This document shows, in pieces, positions 10,323-20,782 of a DNA stretch of 32,000 bases. Below the pieces are notes generated by a model. That model worked only from the letters and a program-made list of their open reading frames with translations. It did no database searches and was not told the origin of the DNA. This DNA is from Geotalea uraniireducens Rf4 (GTDB lineage Bacteria > Desulfobacterota > Desulfuromonadia > Geobacterales > Geobacteraceae): contig NC_009483.1 of the NCBI RefSeq assembly GCF_000016745.1, forward strand, positions 2,490,001 through 2,522,000. Direction: 5' to 3'. Position numbers and translations under genes: made by a program. How positions within the stretch are numbered: the stretch's first letter is position 1; each line of letters begins with the position of its first letter.

Positions 10323-10598
10323 TTAACCTGATACCTTTTCTTTAAGTTCTTTTCCAACCTTAAAAAATGGCAGTTTTTTTGATTTTACAGCTATAGACTC
10401 ACCTGTCTTTGGGTTTCTTCCCGTATAGGCCTGATAACCTTTAACTACAAAACTTCCAAAGCCCCTTATTTCAATGCGATCTCCATCCAACAAGGCATTG
10501 GTCATAGAGTCAAAAATCACATTGATTATCTCTTCGGCTTTTTTGTACGACAACCCTTTTTTTGTTGCCAAGGCTTCTATTAATTCTGATTTGTTCAT
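10323..10598 (-). CDS. ihfB: integration host factor subunit beta (HU/IHF family)
   Basis: Start moved to ATG 10598 (GGAGG SD). MNKSELIEALA...RIEIRGFGSF...TGRNPKTGE matches the IHF-beta signature. Confidence 0.85.
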   Translation of the reverse strand: MNKSELIEALATKKGLSYKKAEEIINVIFDSMTNALLDGDRIEIRGFGSFVVKGYQAYTGRNPKTGESIAVKSKKLPFFKVGKELKEKVSG

Positions 10599-10653
10599 AT
10601 TTAACGCCTCCAACAGAGCTTTCTATTAGTTAACCACAATCACCATTAGTTAA

Positions 10654-11688
10654 TCAACAGCATGCTTTCAGATAACGTTTTGAAATATAAGCAGCTTCTT
10701 CCACTCTATCATGCTTTTTCAGCAAAGAAACGAGTTTTTCTGCTGCTCCTCGGGCCACACCGGGTGATGACAGAGCTTTTGAGAAATTATCAATAGCCTT
10801 TAAATCGTCACCGATCATAACATAAACATCACCTAAAAGTACAAGAGCCTGGTCTGACAGCAATCCGAATTCAATCATATGATTAAGCACGGGAATAACC
10901 TCATGCAATCTGTCGGAATCAATCAACAGCTGAACTAGTCCCAGATAACAAAGTGAATTAGAAGGATTTATACTGATTGCTTGGCGAAGGAAACGCTCAC
11001 AATCAATAATTTCACCACACCTGTATTTTATTAGGGCAGCCTCATAGAGCAATATATCGTTTTCATTTTCCGATAACAATTCTTCTAATATTTGCAGGGC
11101 CTTAACATCATCGCCATCATGAATCAACAAATAAGCGCATGCAAATTTCTTTCCCAAAGCAGCATAGCGTTCCGGCAGAGGAGCAGGCAGGGTATGAATC
11201 AGGAGTTCGAATCTGTCCTCCATAGAGAGTTGGTCATCAGAAACATGGCTGTTTTCTGAAAGTTCTTCTGCTGAGGATTTACAGCCAAAACAGCCATTAT
11301 TATTATTAATTAAGTTGGTTGAATGATTTTGAACGGTTAGATTTTCCAGAAGCTTGCCAGCCTTTTCCCTAATCGTTACGTCTTCTGCCAATTCCATGAC
11401 CAGAAGAAGATGATCTTCTGCTTTAGATCGATCATTGCAGTTTATAGCATGCTCAGCTTCTAATAGATTCAAATCAGCCAGCCCATCATTGACAATGATT
11501 ATCTTATTTTGTAGCCGAAGCATGTCAGCTTTACCGGCATCATTTGTCGTATCAATTTTATCAATCGCTTCGCCATACGAGTATTTCGCATCAGCAAATC
11601 TGCCCTCTTGCAGAAATTTATCACCCTGCTCCATATAATAACGATAATTTTTTTGAAATAATTTATTGAATAACATATCCATACCCAC
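10654..11688 (-). CDS. TPR-repeat protein
   Basis: 344 aa, helical repeat composition with recurring A/Y/L TPR-like spacing. Start uncertain: GTG 11688, ATG 11682 or ATG 11676 (the last has the best spacing to AGGTGG). Confidence 0.65.
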   Translation of the reverse strand: MGMDMLFNKLFQKNYRYYMEQGDKFLQEGRFADAKYSYGEAIDKIDTTNDAGKADMLRLQNKIIIVNDGLADLNLLEAEHAINCNDRSKAEDHLLLVMELAEDVTIREKAGKLLENLTVQNHSTNLINNNNGCFGCKSSAEELSENSHVSDDQLSMEDRFELLIHTLPAPLPERYAALGKKFACAYLLIHDGDDVKALQILEELLSENENDILLYEAALIKYRCGEIIDCERFLRQAISINPSNSLCYLGLVQLLIDSDRLHEVIPVLNHMIEFGLLSDQALVLLGDVYVMIGDDLKAIDNFSKALSSPGVARGAAEKLVSLLKKHDRVEEAAYISKRYLKACC

Positions 11689-11718
11689 CTGCTAAGGCAA
11701 TGAAAAATCGCGAAGAAT

Positions 11719-13038
11719 TTATTCGGCCCTAAGTAGTGTAACGCTTTCTATATGATAAGTTTGTGGAAACATATCCACAGGTTGGCACTTTACAACTTCA
11801 TAATTACTTTTCTTAAGTATGTCGACATCTCTCGCCAGAGTAGCAGGATCGCAAGAAACATAAAGTATAAAATGTGGACTAACTGCATGAATCCGGCTGA
11901 CCACTTCAGCTGCTCCACACCTGGGAGGGTCAAGCAAAACTACGTCAAAACTTTCACCCGCAGCGGCCAGTTTTTTGACTTCCAAAGTCGCATCAGAACA
12001 ATAGAATTCTGCATTTGTTACATTATTGGACTCACAATTTTGGCGCGCATCGTTAATCGACTGTCCAAATTCTTCAAATCCTACCATACTTTGTGCAAAA
12101 CCAGCCAGAGGAATGGTAAAATTACCGTTACCACAGTAAAGATCAAGAACTTTTTCTTTGCCGGTAAGTTCAGCCCAGTTCCATACTAATTGAATAAGAT
12201 GCAGGTTTTGCTGGTAATTTACCTGTGAAAAGCTCCCTTTACCAAATGATAACCGCTTTGGTGAGCTGCCGGGGATGAAATTTTCCGGAATCTGATACGA
12301 AAGGCTTTCAATGCCAAAAACTTTACCAAGATTTGATTTATTTCCCCCTTGGATAAATATACCATCGGCAAAACCAAGCATTTTATTTTGTTCAAGAAGG
12401 AATTCGGAAAAACCGATATGCGCGGCGCCTGTATAATGCACAATAACAAGGGCACTTCCGTCATCACCTCTTGCCACGTCAATCTGGGGGACTGTATCCG
12501 GTTCTGGCAGATGCTGCAATAATTGGCGAAGTTTACTGATGATTCTGTTAATGTCGGCATGGGCAATGGCGCATATTTCAGGGATATCAATGACATCATG
12601 AGACTTGGTCCTGAAAAAGCCAAGGTGTGGCTTTCCATCTATAAAACGGACCTTTAACTGAATTCTTGATCGATAGCCATACGGTTCCTGAGCAGGAATA
12701 ACCGGTAAGATACGCTTTCGTTCCACCCGACCGGCACGCCACAAAAGTTCTGCAAAAATCTCCTCTTTTTCTTTAATCTGTGCCGAATAAGCAAGGTGTT
12801 GCCAGTTGCATCCTCCGCATATGCCAAAAACAGGACAGGTTGGCGTTACACGAAGATGCGACGGCTCAAGGAGTTCAATAAGTTCACCTTCAATGTATGA
12901 ACGCTTTTCTGCTGTCACCCGGATACTGGCCACGTCGCCAGGCGCCGTAAAGGGGACAAAGCATGCCTTGCCGTCCACTCGGCCAAAACCAGCCCCGCCG
13001 TTGGCGAGCTTTTCTATGGTTACGACTGCTTCACGCAT
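11719..13038 (-). CDS. rlmD: 23S rRNA (uracil-C5)-methyltransferase, RumA/RlmD family
   Basis: 439 aa. TRAM-like N-terminus, Fe-S Cys cluster CPVFGICGGCNWQH, SAM motif VLDLYCGNGNF, catalytic YVSCDPATLARD. Confidence 0.85.
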   Translation of the reverse strand: MREAVVTIEKLANGGAGFGRVDGKACFVPFTAPGDVASIRVTAEKRSYIEGELIELLEPSHLRVTPTCPVFGICGGCNWQHLAYSAQIKEKEEIFAELLWRAGRVERKRILPVIPAQEPYGYRSRIQLKVRFIDGKPHLGFFRTKSHDVIDIPEICAIAHADINRIISKLRQLLQHLPEPDTVPQIDVARGDDGSALVIVHYTGAAHIGFSEFLLEQNKMLGFADGIFIQGGNKSNLGKVFGIESLSYQIPENFIPGSSPKRLSFGKGSFSQVNYQQNLHLIQLVWNWAELTGKEKVLDLYCGNGNFTIPLAGFAQSMVGFEEFGQSINDARQNCESNNVTNAEFYCSDATLEVKKLAAAGESFDVVLLDPPRCGAAEVVSRIHAVSPHFILYVSCDPATLARDVDILKKSNYEVVKCQPVDMFPQTYHIESVTLLRAE

Positions 13039-13429
13039 GTAGATTTAGTGTATGTGCAGGATAAAAACCCTGTTTCTTCTTGCTCTTGTTTATTTCTGAC
13101 AATACCAGTTTTTTCGGCATGGTTGAGGGTATCAAGTATGGCAATGAATTTTGCTCGAAATTAACAATAAGCCTTTCTTTTACCTGTGAAACCTGAGAAG
13201 AAGGAACTCCCATCTGCTGCACCTTCCGGAGATGAACAATTGTTTCGCCCCAATGCGATTTTACTGCATTATAAGCAGAGATGGTATCGAAATACTCAGG
13301 CAATATCGGTACTTCACAGCGAATTTCAACAATTACCAGATAAAAATCGCCAAAATAGCGGCGAGTATTATCAATAAATAGAAGTTTCATGCCATTTGCA
13401 AGCGATATTTCCCGTAACAGATTATCCAT
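13031..13429 (-). CDS. hypothetical protein
   Basis: 132-aa ORF overlapping the rlmD start by 8 nt (same strand, operon-like). No motif recognised. Confidence 0.5.
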   Translation of the reverse strand: MDNLLREISLANGMKLLFIDNTRRYFGDFYLVIVEIRCEVPILPEYFDTISAYNAVKSHWGETIVHLRKVQQMGVPSSQVSQVKERLIVNFEQNSLPYLIPSTMPKKLVLSEINKSKKKQGFYPAHTLNLHA

Positions 13430-13568
13430 GAAATATTACTGCCTTTTCCACATTGTATGGTAAATTCCGATTGATGAAAATAATATGCTTTTCGTCGTTT
13501 TGTAAAGGTTTTTTTATTGCGATTCAATGAGGTGTAGAGGGTAGTAAAATGAAAGATATAAATCCGGC

Positions 13569-13597
13569 TTGCAATTTCAAATAAATGTTTGTAAACT
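13569..13597 (+). promoter_or_regulatory. candidate sigma70-type promoter upstream of infA
   Basis: TTGCAA (13569-13574), 17-nt spacer, TAAACT (13592-13597). Pattern only. Confidence 0.3.
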
Positions 13598-13646
13598 GTT
13601 CGTTTGTGATGGCATTAGCGCATACTAAACCTTGCTAGGAGTGAAA

Positions 13647-13865
13647 ATGAGTAAAGAAGAAGCGATTGAAGTTGAAGGCACGGTCATAGAACCCCTTCCT
13701 AATGCAATGTTCAAGGTCAAACTGGAGAACGACCACATTGTGCTCGCTCATATTTCCGGGAAAATGCGTAAGTACTTTATTAAAATACTTCCTGGTGACA
13801 AGGTAACGGTTGAACTTTCCCCTTACGATCTTACCCGAGGCCGTATAACATATCGCGCCAAGTAA
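13647..13865 (+). CDS. infA: translation initiation factor IF-1
   Basis: 72 aa from ATG 13647 (AGGAG SD). [42 protein letters not shown]...ITYR is near-universal IF-1 sequence. Confidence 0.95.
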   Translation: MSKEEAIEVEGTVIEPLPNAMFKVKLENDHIVLAHISGKMRKYFIKILPGDKVTVELSPYDLTRGRITYRAK

Positions 13866-14040
13866 GTCCGCCCCGCACCCAACGATTTCAAACAACGCAA
13901 GTATGTGGTTTGATGAAATCAAGCGATGTTCCGGCTAGCACCCCGGGAATCTCGGTATTGCTCTTTATCCCATGATCGGCACGTAACCGAACACGGCATA
14001 ATTTATGTAGAAAATCTATAGACGAGAAGGAAACAAGCTT

Positions 14041-14604
14041 ATGTACACAGTGGCAGATCTCAGAAAAGGATTGAAAATAACCCTCGATGGCGATCCGTAT
14101 ATCGTTATTGCATTTGACTTTGCCAAGCCGGGCAAGGGGCAGGCTCTTTACCGTACAAAGATGCGTAACATGATCAACGGCACTATTCTCGACAGAACCT
14201 ACCGTTCAGGCGAAACTTTCGAACCCGCGAGCCTTGAAGATCGGAAAATGCAGTATCTCTATAAAGAGGACGACCACTACTGCTTTATGGATAATCAGTC
14301 CTACGAGCAGATACATGTGGATGAGAATGCCCTTGGCGATGCAAAGAACTATCTTATCGACAATCTGCCGGTAGACGTGCTTCTTTTCAAAGGCAAGGCA
14401 ATTGGTGTCGACGTGCCGAACTTTGTCAACCTGCGGGTCGTTCAGACAGACCCCTGGGCCAAGGGAGATACCTCTGGAAGCGATTCAAAGCCTGCAACCG
14501 TGGAAACAGGCTACGTACTCCGCGTTCCACCATTTATCGAAGAGGGCGAACTAATAACCATAGACACACGTACTGGTGAATATTCAACCCGGGTTAAGGG
14601 ATAA
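14041..14604 (+). CDS. efp: elongation factor P
   Basis: 187 aa. The KPGKGQA loop carries the modifiable Lys. Full three-domain length. Confidence 0.95.
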   Translation: MYTVADLRKGLKITLDGDPYIVIAFDFAKPGKGQALYRTKMRNMINGTILDRTYRSGETFEPASLEDRKMQYLYKEDDHYCFMDNQSYEQIHVDENALGDAKNYLIDNLPVDVLLFKGKAIGVDVPNFVNLRVVQTDPWAKGDTSGSDSKPATVETGYVLRVPPFIEEGELITIDTRTGEYSTRVKG

Positions 14605-14607
14605 CGG

Positions 14608-15531
14608 ATGGCTAAAAACTGGCCTCTGACCCGGCGCAAAGAAACACTCCGGGGAAGAAGCACCATTATACAGGAAATAAGAAGATTTTTTATTAAAGAG
14701 GGGTATCTGGAAGTGGATACCCCTCTTCGCATTCCTGCACCAGCGCCTGAATCTTATATCGAGGCGATTCCTTCCGGTAGATGGTTTCTTCACACGTCAC
14801 CGGAACTTTGCATGAAAAGGATGCTGGCCGCCGGCTACGAACGCATTTTCCAAATTTGCCGCTGCTGGCGGGATGGGGAGCGGGGTATTCGTCACCTCCC
14901 TGAATTTACCATGCTTGAGTGGTACAGGATCGATGCCGATTACCGCGATCTGATGAGCGAATGCGAGGCATTGATCAGGTCAGTGATCCATGTTTTGGGT
15001 CATGGCGGAAGCATTCGTTATCAAGGGATGGCTGTTGAGATAAACGAGCCCTGGGAAAAGTTGACGGTAAGTGAAGCCTTCATTCGATACAACGGAATGA
15101 CCATGGCGGAGGCATTAGAGACGGACCAGTTTGACGAAATCATGGTGAGAGATATCGAGCCACGGCTTGGCTTCGGGAAGCCGACCTTCATCTACGATTA
15201 CCCGGCTGAACGCGGTGCATTGGCCCGCATCAGTAAAGACAACCCGGCAGTAGCGGAGCGCTTTGAACTATACATCGGTGGCCTGGAGCTGGCTAACGCC
15301 TTTTCCGAACTGACGGATGCACAGGAACAGCGGGACAGATTTGTTCAGGAATCCACTTTCAGGGCATCAATGAACAGAGCCACTTATCCTCTGCCTGAAA
15401 AATTTCTCGATGAACTATCGGATATGCCCCCTTCTGCAGGGATTGCCCTGGGAGTGGACCGGCTCGTAATGGTGCTTCTGGATCTCTCCAGCATAGACGA
15501 CGTAGTTGCATTCACCCCTGAAGAATTATGA
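14608..15531 (+). CDS. epmA: EF-P-(R)-beta-lysine ligase (truncated class II LysRS paralog, GenX/PoxA)
   Basis: 307 aa. Class II aaRS motifs (FFIKEGYLEVDTP, EFTMLEWY, GIALGVDRLVM) without an anticodon-binding domain. Starts 4 nt after efp. Confidence 0.9.
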   Translation: MAKNWPLTRRKETLRGRSTIIQEIRRFFIKEGYLEVDTPLRIPAPAPESYIEAIPSGRWFLHTSPELCMKRMLAAGYERIFQICRCWRDGERGIRHLPEFTMLEWYRIDADYRDLMSECEALIRSVIHVLGHGGSIRYQGMAVEINEPWEKLTVSEAFIRYNGMTMAEALETDQFDEIMVRDIEPRLGFGKPTFIYDYPAERGALARISKDNPAVAERFELYIGGLELANAFSELTDAQEQRDRFVQESTFRASMNRATYPLPEKFLDELSDMPPSAGIALGVDRLVMVLLDLSSIDDVVAFTPEEL

Positions 15532-15547
15532 TCGCATAAACCCGCAT

Positions 15548-16591
15548 TCAGTCCACATCACCATACTCAACCATCTCCCCTCGATAATTCCTGACCAACA
15601 GGACATTCCCCCCTACTCTCTTCACATAGTCAGGCAATAAGGGCACCTTCCCCTTTCCTCCTTCCAGGTCAATCACGTAATAGGGAGATGCCATGCCGGA
15701 AGTATGTCCGCGCAGGCTTTCCATGATCTCAAGTCCCTGCTCGACTCTTGTTCGAAAGTGACCGGTTCCCTTCACCAAGTCCATCTGATGAATATAATAA
15801 GGTTTAACCCTTATCTTCAACAAGAGCTGCATCAGCCGTTTCATCACTCCGGGGTTGTCATTTACACCCTTTAACAGCACTGTCTGGTTTCCCAGAGGTA
15901 TTCCGGCATCGGCAAGCCTTGCACACGCAGTTGCCGATTCAGCGGTAATTTCCAACGGATGGTTGAAATGGGTATTTATATAGAGCGGGTGATATCTTTT
16001 CAGCATGCGACAGAGGCGCGTGGTAATTCGCTCCGGCAGTGTCACCGGGACGCGGCTGCCGATCCTGATGATTTCAAGATGGGGGATTTGCCGCAATCGA
16101 GCAAGTATCTCCTCCAGCGCGTCGTCATCGAGCAGCAACGGGTCGCCGCCGGAAAGTATGACATCGCGGATTTCCGGTCGACTTGCTATATAGTCGAGCG
16201 CAGCGCTGATTTGTACCTTTCCCGTTACAGCGCCAACACAACCGACCTGGCGTTTGCGCATGCAGAAGCGGCAGTAAACGGCACATGTGGATGAAACAAG
16301 CCAGACAACCCGGTCGGGATAGCGATGGATAAGCCCCGGCACGGGACTCAATATTTCTTCCCGGAGAGGGTCTTCCTGTTGCAGATCGTCTTCCAACTCA
16401 CGTGCATCAGGAACGCACTGCCGCCACAGGGGATCTCCCGGCTCATTAATGAGGTTGAGATAGTACGGGGTGATCCGCATCGGATAACGTTGCACCACCC
16501 GCAAAAGCGGTTCTGCATCTATCCCGAAACGCCGGGCAAGTTGTTCCGGGCTGGTAATGCTTGCAGCAAGGATGTTCTGCCATTTTCCCAT
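15548..16591 (-). CDS. epmB: lysine 2,3-aminomutase family radical-SAM enzyme (EF-P beta-lysylation)
   Basis: 347 aa. Radical-SAM CAVYCRFCMRK (CxxxCxxC), KamA-family length, convergent to efp-epmA. Confidence 0.88.
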   Translation of the reverse strand: MGKWQNILAASITSPEQLARRFGIDAEPLLRVVQRYPMRITPYYLNLINEPGDPLWRQCVPDARELEDDLQQEDPLREEILSPVPGLIHRYPDRVVWLVSSTCAVYCRFCMRKRQVGCVGAVTGKVQISAALDYIASRPEIRDVILSGGDPLLLDDDALEEILARLRQIPHLEIIRIGSRVPVTLPERITTRLCRMLKRYHPLYINTHFNHPLEITAESATACARLADAGIPLGNQTVLLKGVNDNPGVMKRLMQLLLKIRVKPYYIHQMDLVKGTGHFRTRVEQGLEIMESLRGHTSGMASPYYVIDLEGGKGKVPLLPDYVKRVGGNVLLVRNYRGEMVEYGDVD

Positions 16592-16610
16592 TTGTAGCGC
16601 TCTTCTCCAA

Positions 16611-16649
16611 CAGGATACGAAGAAGGCGGAGAACCGTTCCTCCGCCTTC
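16611..16649 (-). terminator. putative intrinsic terminator after pyrK-pyrD
   Basis: Perfect 10-bp stem GAAGGCGGAG/CTCCGCCTTC (16622-16631 and 16640-16649) with an 8-nt loop. On the minus strand it is followed by the weak U-tract UUCGUAU. Confidence 0.4.
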
Positions 16650-16678
16650 CTTAATCACAAGAAATAAAAGTCAAATAA

Positions 16679-17596
16679 TCATGTTATCAGGGCGCCGATC
16701 AATTCCTTCACATCGGCGATGCCGTTTTCCTCAAGATACGTTTCCATTCCCTCGGCTATGGTCTGAGCCGCAGAAGGGTCGAGAAAGTTGGCTGTGCCGA
16801 CCTGCACGGCAGTCGCTCCGGCCAGCATGAACTCCAAAGCATCCGTCGCAGTCATTATACCCCCGATACCGATTACGGGGACTTTGACTGCCTGCGCCAC
16901 CTGCCAGACCATCCTGAGCGCCACCGGCTTGATGGCCGGTCCAGACAGTCCACCGGTCATGTTGGCAAGTATCGGCCGACGCTTTTGCAGATCTATGGCC
17001 ATGCCGGTGAGGGTGTTGATCAGCGACAACGCATCAGCCCCGGCATCGACGCAGGCATTTGCCATCTCCACGACATTGGTCACATTGGGTGAAAGCTTGA
17101 CGATGAGCGGTTTAATAGTGGATTCACGCACGAGGCTTACAACCTCATAGGCGGCGTTGGGGTCGGTACCGAAAACGATCCCTCCCTGCTTTACATTCGG
17201 ACAGGATATGTTTACTTCCAACCCTGCAACTTCCGGCAGTTTGTCGAGCTTCTCCGCCAGTTCGCCATACTCTTCAAGGGTGTTGCCGTAAAGGTTGACG
17301 ATCACCGGCGTGTTCACGGTGCGCAGGAAAGGGAGTTTCTCCTGGATAAAGGCATCAATACCCACATTTTGCAAGCCAATGGCGTTCAACATTCCGCCGG
17401 GCGTTTCGACAATGCGCGGGGTCGGATTGCCGGCCTTGGGGCGGATGGAGAGCCCCTTGGTAATGATAGCGCCGATCTTTTCCAGATCGAGGTAGTCTGC
17501 GAACTCTTTACCATAACCAAAGGTTCCGGATGCGGTCATCACCGGGTTGCGCAGCTTTATCCCGGCTACTTCCACAGATAAATCAGGTTTTCCCAT
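16679..17596 (-). CDS. pyrD: dihydroorotate dehydrogenase (class 1B) catalytic subunit
   Basis: Start moved to ATG 17596 (GAAGGAG SD). [19 protein letters not shown] (active-site Cys) and GIGGI motifs. Confidence 0.92.
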   Translation of the reverse strand: MGKPDLSVEVAGIKLRNPVMTASGTFGYGKEFADYLDLEKIGAIITKGLSIRPKAGNPTPRIVETPGGMLNAIGLQNVGIDAFIQEKLPFLRTVNTPVIVNLYGNTLEEYGELAEKLDKLPEVAGLEVNISCPNVKQGGIVFGTDPNAAYEVVSLVRESTIKPLIVKLSPNVTNVVEMANACVDAGADALSLINTLTGMAIDLQKRRPILANMTGGLSGPAIKPVALRMVWQVAQAVKVPVIGIGGIMTATDALEFMLAGATAVQVGTANFLDPSAAQTIAEGMETYLEENGIADVKELIGALIT

Positions 17597-17634
17597 TCTA
17601 TCTCCTTCGCTCATGCCTATCACCTATCGAATGA

Positions 17635-18450
17635 TTAATCCCATTGCAGATCACGATAATCGAAAACCGGCCCGTCCTTGCAGACGCAACGATAATCCGG
17701 CGTCTCATTCGAATGGTTACGCCCCTTCATAACGCAACCGAGACAAGCACCAACACCGCAGGCCATGTAAGCTTCCAGGGAAACCTGACAGGGAATGTCG
17801 TGCCGGCCGGCAATTGCTGCTATTGCCCGGAGCATGGGAAACGGACCGCAGGCAAAAATGGTCTTGTTGTCAATACTTTCAGACAGATGCTTTTCCAGCA
17901 CCTCTGTTACCAGGCCGCTGGCCCCCAGAGTCCCATCATCGGTGGAAACATAGGTCTCCACTCCCAGCCGTTCGAATTCGGTGATACATAGGATGTCTTC
18001 CTTGTTTCTCCCACCGGCAAAAAGACGGACTTTGGATGTTTTAACCATTTCTTTTGCCAGGTAATACAGTGGAGCCATGCCGACCCCTCCACCGACGAGG
18101 ATTTTCTCCCCTGAAGGATCACCCGGCATGAAACCCTTTCCGAGCGGCCCAAGAATATCGAGATGATCACCCTGGTGAAGCGTGGAGAGCATCTCCGTAC
18201 CCTTCCCTACTACCTTGTACAAAATTTCAAAATAGGTCTGCGTGCCGCAATCCGTATATGCCGTAGCAAAAGTACCCAGATCAAAAATGCCGAAAGGGCG
18301 CCTGAGTAAAGGATCTATGGCATCGCGCACCCTGACCATGATGAATTGCCCCGGTGTTGCACTGCGGACGGCAGGTGGTGCGGTCATTCTCATTTTGAAA
18401 TAACCGGGGGAAACCTCGATGTTGGAAATAATCATTGACTTAAACTGCAT
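17635..18450 (-). CDS. pyrK: dihydroorotate dehydrogenase electron-transfer subunit
   Basis: Start taken as ATG 18450; the ORF-track start at 18474 is a TTG. Ferredoxin-reductase-like RRPFGIF and GGGVGMAPL motifs. C-terminal 2Fe-2S cysteines CGVGACLGC...C. Confidence 0.88.
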   Translation of the reverse strand: MQFKSMIISNIEVSPGYFKMRMTAPPAVRSATPGQFIMVRVRDAIDPLLRRPFGIFDLGTFATAYTDCGTQTYFEILYKVVGKGTEMLSTLHQGDHLDILGPLGKGFMPGDPSGEKILVGGGVGMAPLYYLAKEMVKTSKVRLFAGGRNKEDILCITEFERLGVETYVSTDDGTLGASGLVTEVLEKHLSESIDNKTIFACGPFPMLRAIAAIAGRHDIPCQVSLEAYMACGVGACLGCVMKGRNHSNETPDYRCVCKDGPVFDYRDLQWD

Positions 18451-18470
18451 TGCAGCTGACCTCGCCGAAT

Positions 18471-18932
18471 TCAAGATTCAAATATATATTCCATCAAAAG
18501 TGCGTCATCGCCATTTTCATAATAGGCTTTGCGCCGCCCTGTTTCAACAAAACCAAGACTTTCGTAAAGATGTATCGCGGAGAAATTAGAAAGACGAACT
18601 TCCAATGAAACGAATTCGGCTCCCTTCTCACGGCAATCCAGCAAGACCCTTTCCACCAGCATTCTGCCTACACCCTTACCTCGGAACGCCTTGTCTACAG
18701 CCACATCGAGTATATGACCTTCGTCAATGACGAGCATTGGACAGATGTAGCCGATGACCCTATTCTTCGGGCCAAAGGCTACCAGCGGAAATGCATGGGG
18801 GGAATTGAGTTCATCAAGAAAATGGTTCCTGGCCCAAGGGCGCGGAAAAGATTCGGTTTCAATGATCAGAACCTCATCCAGATCCGTTTCAGTCATCGGA
18901 CAGATGGTTATTTCTTCAAGCCGGTTCTCCAT
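18471..18932 (-). CDS. rimI: GNAT N-acetyltransferase, RimI-like (ribosomal-protein-alanine acetyltransferase)
   Basis: 153 aa. Acetyl-CoA motif VDKAFRGKGVGRMLV. Size and layout match RimI. Confidence 0.78.
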   Translation of the reverse strand: MENRLEEITICPMTETDLDEVLIIETESFPRPWARNHFLDELNSPHAFPLVAFGPKNRVIGYICPMLVIDEGHILDVAVDKAFRGKGVGRMLVERVLLDCREKGAEFVSLEVRLSNFSAIHLYESLGFVETGRRKAYYENGDDALLMEYIFES

Positions 18933-19053
18933 TTACGGGCATCATAAGCAAAGAGGTTCCGGTTGTAAACTGTTTTTTCATTGCCAGTTTGAATTTGACT
19001 TTTGCGCCCTTATGGTTTAAATTTTTCATTTCCAATTGAAGGGGAGGATTGTT

Positions 19054-20100
19054 TTGAGCGAATCCAGAATTACCTATAAGGATGCCGGCGTAGACATCGA
19101 TGCCGGCAATACATTTGTTAAAATGATCAAACCGCTAGTCAAGGCTACGTCAAGACCAGAGGTTATAGCTGACATCGGTGGTTTTGGCGGATTGTTTTCA
19201 CTGAATTCCTCCAAGTACAAGAACCCAGTGTTGGTGTCCGGCACCGACGGTGTAGGTACCAAGCTGAAAATCGCATTTTTGGCCAATCGTCATGATACTA
19301 TCGGCATTGACCTGGTGGCCATGTGCGTCAACGACATCATTGTCCAGGGAGCGGAACCTCTCTTTTTCCTCGATTACCTCGCCACCGCAAAACTTGACCC
19401 GGAAAAGGGCGCATCCATCATCAAGGGTGTTTCGGAAGGTTGTATACAGGCAGGCTGCGCCCTGATCGGCGGAGAGACAGCAGAAATGCCCGGTTTTTAT
19501 TCCGGCGATGAATATGATATGGCCGGCTTTGCCGTCGGAGTAGTAGACCGGGACAAAATTATCGACGGCTCATCCATAACCGTTGGCAATCGTCTCATCG
19601 GTATTGCCTCCAGTGGCTTGCATAGCAACGGCTATTCCCTGGCCCGCAAGATTATCTTCGACAAAATGGGTCTTGGTATAGACGATATCATTCCGGGGCT
19701 GGACAAAACCGTAGCTGACGAACTGTTGACCCCTACCCGCATCTATGTAAGATCAATATTGAATCTGCTCAGGGATTTCCCCATAAACGGCATTGCCCAT
19801 ATTACCGGTGGCGGCCTTCTGGAAAATATTCCCAGGATACTTCCCAACGGCTGTAAAGCGCTTGTCCATAAAAATAGCTGGCAGCCGCCGCCAATTTATC
19901 AAATACTGCAAAATGCCGGCAATATCGAAGAAAATGAACTATTCAGAACCTTTAACTGCGGAATCGGCATGGTGCTGGCGGTGCCGGAAAAGGAAGCTGA
20001 TGAGGTTCTCATCAGGCTTTCCGGTCTTAACGAACATGCTTTTGTCATCGGCGAAATTGCCAAGTGCGAAGCTGGTTCAGAATGCGTTGAAATGATTTGA
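19054..20100 (+). CDS. purM: phosphoribosylformylglycinamidine cyclo-ligase (AIR synthetase)
   Basis: YKDAGVDIDAGN and DGVGTKLK motifs. Start probably TTG 19054 (GGGGAGG SD), which gives the usual N-terminal length. The ORF-track start at 19036 is also a TTG. Confidence 0.92.
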   Translation: MSESRITYKDAGVDIDAGNTFVKMIKPLVKATSRPEVIADIGGFGGLFSLNSSKYKNPVLVSGTDGVGTKLKIAFLANRHDTIGIDLVAMCVNDIIVQGAEPLFFLDYLATAKLDPEKGASIIKGVSEGCIQAGCALIGGETAEMPGFYSGDEYDMAGFAVGVVDRDKIIDGSSITVGNRLIGIASSGLHSNGYSLARKIIFDKMGLGIDDIIPGLDKTVADELLTPTRIYVRSILNLLRDFPINGIAHITGGGLLENIPRILPNGCKALVHKNSWQPPPIYQILQNAGNIEENELFRTFNCGIGMVLAVPEKEADEVLIRLSGLNEHAFVIGEIAKCEAGSECVEMI

Positions 20101-20132
20101 AGAACGGATAAATACATTTAGGTAGAACACTT

Positions 20133-20753
20133 ATGGGGAAATTACTGACAATCGGCGTATTGGTATCCGGCAACGGTACAAACCTGCAATCCATCATCGA
20201 CCATTGTGAAGATGGCAGTCTTTCCGTAAGGATTGGATGTGTAATCAGTAACAATGCCGATGCATTTGCATTGGAGAGAGCCCGGAAACACGGCATTCCC
20301 ACGAGACACATAAACCATCGAGAGTTCTCAGGTAGAGCGTCATATGATGCAGCACTGGTAAAGGTTTTACGCGAACATGACGTGGAACTGATTATTCTGG
20401 CGGGTTTTATGCGAATCATTACCCCTGTACTCATCGATGCTTTCCCTAACGCGATTATGAACATTCATCCAGCCCTTCTTCCTGCGTTTCCCGGGCTTCA
20501 TGCACAACGACAAGCACTTGAGTATGGGGTGAAAATATCCGGCTGTACCGTACATTTTGTGGATGCCGGCACCGATACCGGCCCTATTATCATGCAGGCA
20601 ACTGTTCCGGTCGATGCAAAGGACACGGAAGAAACCCTCTCAGCAAGAATACAGGCAGAAGAACACTGTATTTTCCCCAAGGCAATCCAGTTGTATGCTG
20701 ATGGCCGTTTGACAGTGGAAGGAAGAAAGGTCATCATCTCGTCCCTTGCATAG
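20133..20753 (+). CDS. purN: phosphoribosylglycinamide formyltransferase
   Basis: 206 aa. VLVSGNGTNLQ, NIHPALLP and GCTVHFVD motifs. Confidence 0.92.
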   Translation: MGKLLTIGVLVSGNGTNLQSIIDHCEDGSLSVRIGCVISNNADAFALERARKHGIPTRHINHREFSGRASYDAALVKVLREHDVELIILAGFMRIITPVLIDAFPNAIMNIHPALLPAFPGLHAQRQALEYGVKISGCTVHFVDAGTDTGPIIMQATVPVDAKDTEETLSARIQAEEHCIFPKAIQLYADGRLTVEGRKVIISSLA

Positions 20754-20782
20754 CCGACGCAATTTTCAGCGCATAAAATAAC

